From Eledone cirrhosa (Eukaryota), in contig OZ024741.1 in assembly GCA_964016885.1 (NCBI GenBank), forward strand, positions 61,628,001 through 61,692,000: a DNA stretch of 64,000 bases. Direction: 5' to 3'. Of the stretch, positions 27,277 through 39,562 are shown in pieces (within the stretch, counting starts at the first letter, position 1; each line of letters starts with the position of its first letter). The position numbers were made by a program, and so were the translations under genes. The notes under the pieces were generated by a model, which made no database searches, was not told the origin of the DNA, and worked only from the letters and a program-made list of their open reading frames with translations.

Positions 27277-27676
27277 TAAAGGACACATTCAATAATGTAG
27301 TTTTATATTTACTAGTGAATCAATAGAGCAGTCATGGGTGGAAGACCTTTCATCATAGGCCTGATCAATCAGTGTTAATTTGGAGCTAAATAACAATGAC
27401 AACAACAGAAGACACATTGAGATAATGTAGTCTAACATACTCTATGTCTGCAACAAAAAACCAAAAAGCAAACCATGACTGTGATGGGTGGAATGCCATT
27501 TGATCATAGTGATGACCATTAGTGATGACTTGGGACTAAACAACAAGTAAAAAAAATAAGGTGTATCATCATCATCAACGCCCATCTTCCACTTAAACAT
27601 GGGTAGGATGGGTTGTCCCTTTGTGAGAGATCTGGTTGGAGGACCATCTTTCGCTCATACAGGGCTGATTTTGGCT

Positions 27677-28230
27677 TGGATTCTATGGCTGGATGCCCTT
27701 CCCAACACCAATTAGATTCAGAAATGCCAGCATAAGAACAACACAAGATGTGCTTCTCTGATTTAGATTCCTTAACTCTTCTTTTGAAAAATGATTTTTA
27801 TAAAGGTTTCAATTTTACCTGTTTACACATTAATTAAAACCAACAATAAGCCATTTTAAATGGATTCTATGGCTGGATGCCCTTCCCAACACCAATTAGA
27901 TTCAGAAATGCCAGCATAAGAACAACACAAGATGTGCTTCTCTGATTTAGATTCCTTAACTCTTCTTTTGAAAAATGATTTTTATAAAGGTTTCAATCTT
28001 ACCTGTTTACACATTAATTAAAACCAACAATAAGCCATTTTAAATGGATTCTATGGCTGGATGCCCTTCCCAACACCAATTAGATTCAGAAATGCCAGCA
28101 TAAGAACAACACAAGATGTGCTTCTCTGATTTAGATTCCTTAACTCTTCTTTTGAAAAATGATTTTTATAAAGGTTTCAATCTTACCTGTTTACACATTA
28201 ATTAAAACCAACAATAAGCCATTTTAAATG
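27677..28230. repeat. Three near-identical 184-bp tandem units
   Basis: tggattctatggctggatgccc starts at 27677, 27861 and 28045. Confidence 0.97.
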
Positions 28231-28599
28231 TTCCATATTCACAATAATATTGAAGAACTTACCTAAAAAGAAATAAAAAAAAAAGATAATTAATGCAATA
28301 ATGATTTTTTGAAACATTTGAAGAATTTACCTGGAAACAAAAAAAAAAAGAAAATGGAAGGAAAAGGTGTTAATGGTCTCTACAGCAATGCTTTTACTGT
28401 CTAACCCATGCTAGCATGGAAAGTAGATGTTAAATAATGATGATGATGATGATGAAGATCTTGTCTGCAGGATGCAACTGAGATATACCATCCAGCCAAG
28501 AGTGTATAGTTTGTCTCATAAGCTGGCATGGCTGGTGCAGTGGGTATCACTGGCTTTCTCCACAGTATTACTTTTGTTATCTAGTTCACAGGGCACAGC

Positions 28600-28945
28600 T
28601 GCTGAGATGTAAAAAGGGTAAATACCCCCACTTCAGTCATGAATGATGATGGGATTTGCACCTAGAAAGTTCCTCTTCAAGGAAACAAGTCCAGGCAAGA
28701 TTGTTTGTAGATGACCAGTAGTCGCACAAGCATACCAGCCTCCCCTCTCCACGCCACCAATGTTGTCCAAGGTACAGCTTGGCACCAGTGATATCACAAC
28801 TCTGTCACAACTTTGTACAGCTGAGTAAACAAGACCAACGTGAAATAAAGTGTTCAGGAACACAATGCATCACCTGGTCCAAGAATCGAACTCACAACCT
28901 CTTGATTGCAAAGCACTTGATTGCTAACTACTAAGCCATGCGCTG
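28600..28945 (-). mobile_element. tRNA-derived SINE (family C head, distinct tail)
   Basis: Minus strand gcatggcttagtagttag..gagttcgattc..acactttatttcac..tttactcagctg shares its head with 45512. Confidence 0.75.
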
Positions 28946-29979
28946 AGATGTAGAATCCAGTTAAAAGTATTGTTTGCCCTTTCTCTCCCTTTATTTATGT
29001 TTTATTTATTAATTTTTTCCGACCCTTTTTTTCCATCTTTTTTTCTTTTTTTCTTTTTTATATACAATTGAATATGAAATTTATTAATTGACTATAGATT
29101 ATTTAAATGGAAGAATATTGAGCATAGAAGGTTTTCAATAAGGTTTGGGGAATTTCATTTTCCATTCTATTGGGGCCATTATTTCTGCAGTTATCTATTC
29201 ATTCATTTTCTCATATTGTTCCTTAGGGAGAGCATAAACATAAATATTAGTATCTATATCTAGTCTATTGACACTGTCAATTTCATGACTAAAGAGAATT
29301 GATGCTTAGCAACTATATAATTTATTGTGAATTTATTGGGAATGGTACAGCAGTATTAGAAATGAGAATTTTTGATTGGTCAGTCAACATTGAGGCTAGT
29401 AGTTACAACAGTAATAATTGATAATGACAAAAACAGCAGCAAAATTGGTGGAAATTTATGAACAACCAAATTCAATCAGTTTATAGAGAAATATTATTAA
29501 TTTCAATTATAAAAAAATCAAAAGCAGATATCTATCTGTTGATTTAAATTGCGTTCTTCCTATTGGAGTCTTTGGAGCAGCCTTAGTATTGGAATTTAAC
29601 AAATAAAAATTCATGAAATTATCTTTTTACTATTTTCATTTTGAAAGTTTTTGAGAGATACATTGAAGAAGGGAGAGATTAAAAAGAGAAAGACAAAAAG
29701 TAGAAGGTGACTAATTGCAGATGGATAGATGTTAAAAACAGCAGCTTAATAATGAGAAATACATATATATTATTAAATCCCTACACATTCTTGATTATTT
29801 TCCAAATTATTTGAAAATCATATACAGAGTTTTTCATTAGAAATATGGTACTGGAAGGATTAAACCATACACTAACTGACAGTTAGTTTTGCTTGTAAAA
29901 TCTGTTTAGCAATTCTTTCTTGAGACATTCTGACCACATGTCTAAAGTATTGGAGAAGTAGCAGCTTCACCTGTAGCAA

Positions 29980-30812
29980 CTCGTGATTTCCAAGTTACGC
30001 ACTCTATCAAGTTAAGGGACAAAACACTTGCTTGAGGGTGGTTTCTTCTCTGAAGACTTTCTGCTGTCCAGCTCTCCTTAGAATTTCTTGTCATAAAGAC
30101 CCATTTGGAGACACTCCCATTCTGGCTACTTGTATTTGGGATTGTATTCTTTTGGTCAAAATCCATGATCTTAAGTAAGGGTTGGCACAAATACCAAATT
30201 GAAGATAGCAAGTTTGGCTTTTACACCTACTTCCCTTCTTTTGATGACCGAATGCTGAAGCTGATACATTGTTGCACCAGCTCCTGAAATTCTTGTACTT
30301 AATTCAGCCTCCTGCCTTCCATCACTTCTGAACACAGCCCTAAGATATTTGAACTTCATCTGCTTCAGTGGAATTCCACTCATATGTAGAGTGCATTGTA
30401 CAGGATTCCTTGACAGGATGAATGTCTCAGTCTTCACAACACTGATTTCCATTCCTGCCATGCAGCATTCCGCATCAAACCTATCAAGTACATGTCAGAA
30501 ATCACCTGACAAGTTAAGTAATACCATGTCGTCTGCAAATTCCATCCAACTGATCCTACACTCACCAGTCCTGATACCACTTCCAGCCTACTGCACATGA
30601 AAATTATAAACAGAAGAGGTGACAATAGACACCCTTGGCAGAGTCCAGCACCCATATTGAAAGGTTTTGACTTAGCACTGTTTATCCAAACACAAATAGT
30701 ATAGAAACTTCAGGATAACAAAAAGCAATCCATCAATCCCATACTCCTACAGAAACTTCCACAACAGATCCCATGGGATGTAGTCGTATGCCTTTTAGAG
30801 GTCTAAGAACCA
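29980..30812 (-). mobile_element. RTE-clade (Rex3/Expander-like) LINE RT fragment
   Basis: DL*KAYD, CQGCLLSPLLFIIFM, FADD, AGMEIS..KTE, FKYL..F.SDG and KAKLAIFN.FVPTL motifs. Confidence 0.9.
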
Positions 30813-32430
30813 AGCTTATTTTGTAGACAGCATTACATTAAAAATTAAAAGCCTTTAATTTAGTTTAATGCGAATTTTCATAGCAATCTGTCCACTAACA
30901 AAGATACTGCAAACATTATAATTAACAAAACAATTTTTAGATATTTTCTGCTAAATCATTACAGAATGTTAAGAGTTAATATGTAGCTTTGATGTTGAAA
31001 GAATGTTCTATAGAGATAAAAGACTGAGCTATTGTTATTAAAGGATTATCCTTATAATAGTTTCTAGTTGAGATAAAAAATCTTAGGATGGCGTCTTCTA
31101 AATGATAAACATTTCCAAGTAAACTATTTTATCTTTAGCAAATAAAAAAAAAATGGAATGATGAGACATGCACAAAGAAAAGACAATGTAAGTGTATTTA
31201 ATTAAATAAAGATAAATAAGAATTTCTAAGAAAAACTCTCAATTGTTGACATTACTTTACACAATGATTGCTTCTATATTAATTAGGGGATTATTTAATT
31301 TTATTAGTTTTGGGATGAAGAGGGTATTATTTTTGTTTGCTTTGGGGGAAGGGGGAGTTTTTGTTTTATTTTTATTTTATTTTATATTTTCATTTTATAT
31401 ATATTTTTACTTTTGTGTTTTTTATTTTATTATTTTATATTAATGTTTATATTATTTTTATATTATTTTTTATTGCTTATTTTTTATTTTCATATTCATC
31501 ATTATTAATTTTTTATTCTCCTATTTATCGTTATTAATTTTGGTAATTTTTATTTTATCTTTATATGTAATTTTTGTTATATTTTTCATTTTTTTTATTT
31601 ATTTTGTTATCTCTGGCTAGTTGTCTCCTATATCAACTTAGTTTGGTTGGATTTTATTGAAGTGTATTAGAAAGAAGAAAAGTGAAGTGGATGGTGGACT
31701 GGAAAGAGACATAGAGAATGTACCAACCATATTCAGCAAAAGACAGGTATGTATCAAACAGCCATTATATGTATAAAGTGGTCAGGATTGTTTTGTATAA
31801 TAGCTAATATATGACAGATGGTACGGGTTGTTTACCATTATTTTTCTCACTCTAGGACTACTTCACTTAACCTATTCAATTATTATTTATTGTTCCTCTG
31901 CACTGTGGCTGCCTTCAAAAAGAAAAACACGTTTTAAAACTTTCACAAAGCTTCTTAAACAACAATTTATAGCATAAAATCTAAAACTATCTTAAATGAA
32001 AGATAAACTAATATAGAGAACTATGCAATATATAACAGTTTGTAACAACAGTTTCATGTGACAATGTGATTTCACAATCTTTCATGATAAATGATAGAAA
32101 GAAAATTATTTTTTCCAATGTTAGAATTCCAGATAAAACACAAGAATGAACTCGTTTATCTGTCTTAGAATGTTATCTAAATTAATTGCTTCTTAATGAG
32201 CTAAAGTAAAAATCTTAATATAAATGTTGTTTATAAAGTCTTTGAACAAATCTAAGACTTTCCTTGTTGCATTTCTAATGAAAGACATTGCCTATCATTT
32301 TCAAATATATAAAAAAAAAAAACTTTGGAGGTCTTTAATAATATAACAGGTTTTCTCATTACCAAGCTGGTGTTTGGAATATTATTTAATAAATTTTCTT
32401 AAATAAACCTATGATAAAAGGTTTTAGATA

Positions 32431-33149
32431 TGGTATATACTTGAGTAATAGTCAATCTCATGTAAAAGTCAACCCCTATTTTTGGCCAAAAAATCTGGAA
32501 TCTTCCATAGACCTCATATAAAAGTTGAAACTAGTATTTCATGGATTACAGGTCAACATTTGTGGGTCAAAGTATCATCGTGTATGTAGATATAAAGACA
32601 AATTTATATTATTGCAAATACATGTCTGAAACTAAACATTTACCCAAAGAAGTACTTACCTTACTTGGATTTCAAGCATTATGAAAATAACGTGATTGGA
32701 GAGGTGTGATGCAAAACACTCTGAGCAGGTATTGGTCATGTACACAGTATTACAGTAGATAGTGGCATGTAGGAAGATGCATTACCCATGGTAATGTACA
32801 GTAATTATGACATAAATTGACTGCATTAAGCTAGTCTGTTAAGTTTGATGGATATAAGTAAAAGAGCAAGTGTAAATATTTATAAGAGCTATGCAGCCTT
32901 GTTTATGGATTTTGTTATTTACTATGGCATGTGTTTTGATGCATAGAATCAGTAATATTACTGTAATTCATTGAGTTGTTGTTTTTATTCATTTAGAGAT
33001 CAGTTGGGTTTCTGCTTATGATATGGTACTTTGGATTCTAGCTGGAATTTGAAGCCCCTCAAAACTAGTATCCATGTAATAGTTGACCCCATAAATTTAA
33101 CCTTAAAAAAGGTCTAAAAAATTCAACTTTTACATGAGTATATACAGTA
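32431..33149. mobile_element. Non-autonomous pogo/Tigger-like DNA element nested in an older piggyBac-type MITE
   Basis: Ends ggtatatacttgagtaa and ttacatgagtatatacagta are degenerate inverted repeats of the CCGTATATACTCG type. Confidence 0.5.
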
Positions 33150-33499
33150 AATATAAACACTTTGAAATAAACAGTTTTATGTTATAAAAGTAAAGGCTGT
33201 TTCAGATGATTTGAGCTCAAAAGAGTTAAATATTAATAAATTCAGTGATATACACATGATAGAAAAACAATAAAAATGAACATGAAATCTTAATTAATCA
33301 TAATGAATTATACTTAATTAATGATAAAATACACCTTAGTGCTGGTGCCACAATATAAATTGGAAGTGTTGGTACCATGAGAAAATGCACCCAGTACCCT
33401 CTGTAAGGTGGTTGGTGTTAGGAAGGGCATCCAGCCATAGGTACCATGGTGCCTTGACCATGAAAAACTTAAGCGTCAGCTTCGAATAGGCCACAGTAT

Positions 33500-33830
33500 G
33501 AACCTCAATAAGAATATAGGGAGCTGAAGTATGTGGTTGTCTAATGCTCTCTAAATCTAAGTACAACACTCATCTAAAATCAAATTAATGACCAACTATA
33601 TGCAGCACTATCCCTTCAATAATAGATAAAACGACATGTCATGTGCAGAAAAATCTGCAAATCAATTTCTGGTCTTAAAAGGAATATGAGAGCATATAAC
33701 TGATCCCACAAACTGACTCAATCAATACAATAGAGGCCACATCTTTTGTCTGTCACATTTGCTGCAGACTGTGCAAATCTACAGCTTGCCTTAAAAGCCA
33801 CCTAAGAAGTCATGAACAGATAGATGTTGG
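33500..33830 (+). mobile_element. RTE/BovB-like 3' fragment with C2H2 finger
   Basis: FVCHICCRLCKSTACLKSHLRSH at about 33745-33813. Confidence 0.6.
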
Positions 33831-34689
33831 AGGGGGGGGGGGGGGGGGGGGTTATAGAGAGAGATGGCAATCATTTGTAAAAATGAAGTGATGACCATGT
33901 ATGTATTTATGTATGTACATACTCATATGCACACATCCACAAACAGTTTTGTTAAAAGTTTGGTGAAGAAATCAAATATCACATATCCTTTCCATATAAC
34001 AATGGGTTATGTAGTTCTTTGTGATTTTTATAATGTTTAATTGCTGAGTTTTACAACTAACTGCAGAGATAATGATTGCAAACAAAGGAAATGAATATCA
34101 CTTGAGAGAGGGGAGACAAAAAATTACCCAAAAATAAAAATAATAGAAATCATATCACAAAACACCCTTGCCATAATCAATTGCTTATCTCAATTGTGGA
34201 CAGAATTACAAATTATCATGAAATAATTATCATGGATAATTAAGATAATTATTATACAAAATAGATAATAAATATTTATGAATATATAAAGAAAAAAATA
34301 TTGATAATAAATAATAGAGCAGTTTCGAAAATGAAACAAAATAACAACCTTACCCCATCAAAAAAAGACAAGCAAAACAATTTTACTGAGGAGGACCGGA
34401 AGATTATCGATAGTTGCGAATAAAAATGAAATGGTTTTTAGCTTCGTTAATAAAATAGTTTAGGAAAAGAAAATGTTGAAGATGAAAAAGAAAATAATAA
34501 AGATAAGAGACACTCAATGGTTGATAATGATAATGATACAATTAGCCTTAATTGACAAAACAATTATAATAAACAAATTACCTGCTAAAATAGTATTAGT
34601 AATAATAATAATTTCACCACCTATAAGTAATTCTTTAGAAGTTATGGGTAAAAAAAAACATTTTGTAAATTTTTTTTTTGTAGGTGGGT

Positions 34690-34740
<51 letters not shown>

Positions 34741-34746
<6 letters not shown>

Positions 34747-34814
34747 ATACTTTGGGAGGGTCATGTTGCCAACACACGATTTCAGATAAAGAATCTTGCT
34801 AAACAAATTCAGAA

Positions 34815-34816
<2 letters not shown>
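34741..34816. mobile_element. ~75-bp inverted remnant of the 15972 PLE terminus
   Basis: attgttatactttgggagggtcatgttgccaa joined to the reverse-oriented cacacgatttcagataaagaatcttgctaaacaaattcagaaa, inside (TA)n. Confidence 0.85.
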
Positions 34817-34845
<29 letters not shown>

Positions 34846-34927
34846 AAAGTTCTATTTAAAATTGTTGGGATACAACAAGTAAATATTTTATAACTGATAT
34901 AAAGCACTCGACAAGTTTTTGGAGTAG

Positions 34928-35295
34928 ATATACGATATTAAATAAATGGAAACTATATTTATAAAACCATATTTATTTCATTATACATATTTCAGGGATA
35001 CCAAATTAAAATATGGTATGCCTTCATCAGACAAAATACAATATATAAACAGTTTTATAAATAATTTTGACGTACCCTATTAAATGCAACCATTATTTAT
35101 GGAAGCTGTCTGGATAGCTTCCATAAATAATGGTTGCATTTAATAGGGTACGTCAAAATTATTTATAAAACTGTTTATATATTGTATTTTGTCTGATGAA
35201 GGCATACCATATTTTAATTTGGTATCCCTGAAATATGTATAATGAAATAAATATGGTTTTATAAATATAGTTTCCATTTATTTAATATCGTATAT
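34928..35295. repeat. Essentially perfect palindrome with ~180-bp arms (fold-back pLTR-like cassette)
   Basis: Symmetry axis at 35111/35112. Arms match by eye with no real spacer. Confidence 0.97.
35179..35254 (+). ncRNA. Type I minimal hammerhead ribozyme (mirror copy at 34969-35044 on minus)
   Basis: Stem I attgtattttgt; CTGATGA (35193-35199); stem II AGGcATACCA/TGGTATcCCT; GAAA (35230-35233); tatgta; TA; stem I' atgaaataaat. Confidence 0.8.
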
Positions 35296-35607
35296 ATATA
35301 TATATAAGTATGTACACGTACATACATATATGTATACAGACGTATAGTAGTATGTACATACATGCACACATATATATATGCACGTATGGATTCACCGAAC
35401 ATTTATTATAATGCTCGGTGTGTTTATAAACAAACATCCCGTATTAAGCCGTAGTGTCTAGCAACCACCGTTGCTCGTTTGTTCAACACTGACAAATCGT
35501 TTTCGGTGCACCCGGCCGATTAACCCACTCGATATGCAAATTGGGCTTCTCAGCCGTTAATATGCATTCGGTAAGTATATACGTTCAACAATCTGGCAGG
35601 AAGGTAT

Positions 35608-35650
35608 ACGTTGCTGACGATAGCTAACAAGCTTGAAACTAGTACAGCGT
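35608..35650 (+). ncRNA. Type I minimal hammerhead ribozyme
   Basis: acgttg-CTGACGA-tagc taacaa gctt-GAAA-CTAG-TA-cagcgt: palindromic stem III, GUA cleavage triplet, and a T.T mismatch at the base of stem II. Confidence 0.75.
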
Positions 35651-35867
35651 TCCTTTGTCAGCGTTGAACAAACGAGCAACGGTGGTTGATAAGTTGAATT
35701 TTACTAATACATCAAAACCAGTTATACTTTATATACATTATAAACCTGTTTTTTAAAAGAATTGTCCCTCTCATTTTTTCAAAAATGTCACTTTGGAAAA
35801 AATCCATGCTATTTCCAATTTCACCTTTTCTCTATAACCACTGCTTTGTATAGAACCTTAGTTCCCT

Positions 35868-35903
<36 letters not shown>

Positions 35904-35906
<3 letters not shown>

Positions 35907-36096
35907 AGGGGGTGCTGAAAAGTTCCTCGCTTTGGGTAAAAGAAAATACAGGAGGATCAATCAAATATGATTTTATTCAACATATTTGCCTCTCAGATTT
36001 AAAGACTTAATGTAGTGGTCCTAGCTCCCTGTAAAAGTTATCGCTCTACTCTTTGGTGATACCTCTTAAAGCTAGAAACTTTTCAGCACCTCCTCA
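35904..36096. mobile_element. mariner-type MITE
   Basis: TA|caagggggtgctgaaaagtt ... aacttttcagcacctcctc inverted termini. Confidence 0.8.
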
Positions 36097-36134
36097 TGTG
36101 TGTGTGTTTTTATATATATATATATATAGCCGCC

Positions 36135-36778
36135 GCATCCGCTGCCTCCATGCACATCACATGTCCATACCATTGCAGTCTTCTCTCCCGCACACTACAA
36201 CTTATCCCTCTTAAACACAGTTTCTCTCTCAACACATCCATGCTCGATCATTCACGTACATTGACATTGCACATCCAACGGGACATGCTTGCCTCATTTC
36301 TCTCCAGCCGTCACATATCTTCTGCAGTAGCTGCCCATGTCTCACTACATGCAGCATCATGCACCTCACACATACATCATATAACAGGCCTTTCAGACGC
36401 AGGGAGAAACCCTTCTTCGTCAATAGAGGAAGCAGCTCCCTAAACTTCTTCCAACCCGTCCTTATTCTAGATAATATGGCCTCAGAACACCCCCCTCCCA
36501 TGCTAATCTAATCACCTAGGTACTGGAAGCTATCAACCACTTCTATAAAACCTACCTGCTTTTGAAAAATGTGTCTATCAATGCGACTTCTACTGTCAAA
36601 TTTCCATGTACATCTACTGCATACGTCTTTTTCCCTACCTGTTAGTTAGCCTGCTATCCCACTACATCTCTTGTGTACCCTAGATCTGCACTGTGTACAT
36701 TTTATAGAATTTATGCCAGTTCCTTTTCTGCATATCAAACATGGCCATTTCCCTGATGGAATCAGAGTTTTGTCCTAC
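36135..36778 (-). mobile_element. RTE LINE fragment, same subfamily as 22920-25752
   Basis: GKWPCLICRKGTG..WVHKRC..GGGCSEAILSRIRTGWKKFRELLPLL..WYGHVM. Confidence 0.92.
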
Positions 36779-36809
<31 letters not shown>

Positions 36810-36814
36810 TATAG

Positions 36815-36842
<28 letters not shown>

Positions 36843-36845
<3 letters not shown>

Positions 36846-37027
36846 AAAGATGAAATCGAAAATGCAACTGGGTCTTTGTTTAACAAAATATATTTATTTG
36901 GTTCCTTTACCGGTTTCGCAGTTCTTGTGCTTTTGAAAAGCACAAGAACTGCGAAACCGGTAAAGGAACCAAATAAATATATTTTGTTAAACAAAGACCC
37001 GGTTGCATTTTCGATTTCATCTTTTTT
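36843..37027. repeat. Palindrome with 92-bp arms containing the 3' half of a hammerhead
   Basis: Axis at g36935, one mismatch. Each arm reads gca caagaac tgc GAAA CCGG TA aaggaacc outward. Confidence 0.95.
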
Positions 37028-37088
37028 TGTTATACTTTCACTTGTCTAGGGCACCTCGGTTTTTTTTCATTTTGTAAAAAAACCTCAC

Positions 37089-37135
<47 letters not shown>

Positions 37136-37187
37136 TATAAATATATATATTTACACACGCAAACATATATAAATATATAAATATATA

Positions 37188-38200
37188 TCCAGGGGGTGTA
37201 ACTAGGAGTTACTGCAGGTTCACCCGGAAGAGCACTCGATGTTTAGGTTCACTTCTGTGATGAGGTGTAGAGTAATACAGAGTGTAATATATTGAAAGGA
37301 TAACAAGGACGATTGATTACTCCTTCATTGCATTTATTGATAGGTGACGCGCGTTTCGCCACTGATCAGCTCAAGGTTTGATCTGTATCGATCCTACCCG
37401 ACTTAATAATCAGTGGCTCGACGGACTCTCTTAAAATGCTATAAGAAAATGAAATACATGCTATGTGGTAAAGTCAGAGTTTCAAGAGTTTGACAAAATG
37501 AGTTGTTTTGATTGGTGGGAAGGATCAAGGGGATGTACTGGCCTGTAGTGTATGTGGGGGTGGATGAGATGGGCTGTGGTATGAGGTTAGTGGATTGTCG
37601 GTAGACGGGTTGGCATGTGTGGGGGTGTGGTTGTGGTGTTGTTGTTTATGGTAGTAGCGTTTGTGGTGGTGTGGTGGATGTGATGGTGGTGTCAAGTCCT
37701 TACGGTGATACATAGCTAGACGCTCTTCGTCTGACAAATACGCTGTATATATGTATACACACACACACATATGTATATATGCGCACATATATTGATGTAT
37801 AAACACACACAAAACACATATGCACACCTTCGCCCACACATATCGACACACGCGCATACACAGCCATATGTATATATACACACATGTATGTGCATGCACG
37901 CATGCGGACACAAATATGGAGAGTGGGGGAGTATCGGTGGGGGTGGCGATGGACAAAGATGGAGGGAAGGTGAGAGGCAATGGAGAAGGTGTTATACATA
38001 TATACATACACATACATACACTCATACACACATACGGATATGGGCACATACACATACACACACGTATACAAAACATACACATACACCCACACACACACGT
38101 ATACACACACATATATATACACACACACATACACACACACACACATACATGCACATATACGCGCACACACACAGATTCACCTATATACATATATGTAGAC

Positions 38201-38232
<32 letters not shown>

Positions 38233-39335
38233 TATATCCATATATATATGCGTACACGCACGCATATTTATACGCCCGTATATGTAAAAAATACTTACAC
38301 ATAGACACACACACTTGCGTTGGTTCGGGAGTGGAGGTATGTATTGGCGGTGTTGATGAAGTATGGAGTTGTGTCTTGTGGTGGTGGTGGTGGAGTTGTG
38401 AGCGACAAAAATATACAGGATTGAATAGTGCGATGGGTTACAGGTTAAAAGGTGACATAGGGAACGCGGGGGAGAAGAGTTTATGGATGTATGGCGATGT
38501 GTATTGTGGTCATAGTGGTGGTTGTGGTGCTGGGTGATATGTTCAACAAGATGATTACATGATCAGAAGTTACGGTGTGTTATAGGGTAAGGCAGACGGG
38601 GAGGGGGGGGGGGGGGGCAGATATAATACAGTCGATCTGGGAGTGAGGGATGATATGTGTTGATGATGTTAATGATAATGATTGTTGAAGTATGTGGATG
38701 TATCAAGTGGTGGCGGTGGTTGTGTGTGTGTGCGACAGTACATTTACAGGGTCGAATTTAGCGTGGGGTTGTAGGTTAGGGTAGACAGAGGGGACATGGG
38801 GGGATAAGGTTGCGGGTGTGTATGGTAGACATATGACGATGTGTGGTGTGGTGGTGGTGGCGATCGTGTGATATGATCGACATTGTATTTACAAGATCCC
38901 GTGTTACTATGGATTGTAAGGTAAAACCTATCACAGGAGACCGATCGAACACAATGTTGCAAGGATGAGGGGTGTATGGTGATGTGATTTTTTTGGTGGG
39001 GTGATGTATGCGGCATGATATATAAAATACGGGCTTACAGATAAAGTAAAATAAAATTAATAAATTCGTTGAGATGGGTGATGGTGTTACGGGGCAGATG
39101 TGGTTATTATTATGGTGGGTCATGGTTAGTGTGTGGCCCTCCCCCGAATGTTTGTGCGGAAAAGGTGTTCAGCCTGGTGTGTCTGCAATTGATAATTATG
39201 TTCAACCTATAGTTTATGGCGGATTTTAATTTAATTATTTCCACCGCCTCAGCCAGGCATAATCTGCAGTGGTTTCTGTCACTGGGGCTTTGTGCCACGC
39301 GTCTTTTCACTGACCACGAAATCTGGGGTTCAGTA
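37188..39335 (-). mobile_element. 5'-truncated PLE (Naiad-like): GIY-YIG C-terminus plus long low-complexity 3' region
   Basis: PQISWSVKRR..HCRLCLAEAVEII..INYRLNII.NCRH at about 39180-39330. Decayed hammerhead near 37340-37425. (TA)n at both ends. The 3' boundary is inferred. Confidence 0.65.
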
Positions 39336-39430
39336 TAAATATATATATATATAACGAAGGAGTTGTGGTAAGGAACCAGATGGACCATAACGCACCAGAG
39401 TACTCAATACTTAGGGTAGTAGAGTGGGTA

Positions 39431-39562
39431 ATATGAGAAAGTATGACCCCGACGGCAGAGCTCAAGCCGTTTCGACGGCTATTTCTGGATTAAAGTAAGA
39501 GTTTACTTTAGTCCAGAAATAGCCATTGAAACGGCTTGAGCTCTGCCGTCGGGGTCATACTT

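Noticed and set aside
27677-28230. CRISPR-like array
   Set aside because: Units are contiguous with no unique spacers, there are no cas genes, and the context is eukaryotic.
31642-31746. Possible plus-strand exon ending CAG|GTATGT
   Set aside because: No recognisable protein similarity and no partner exons.
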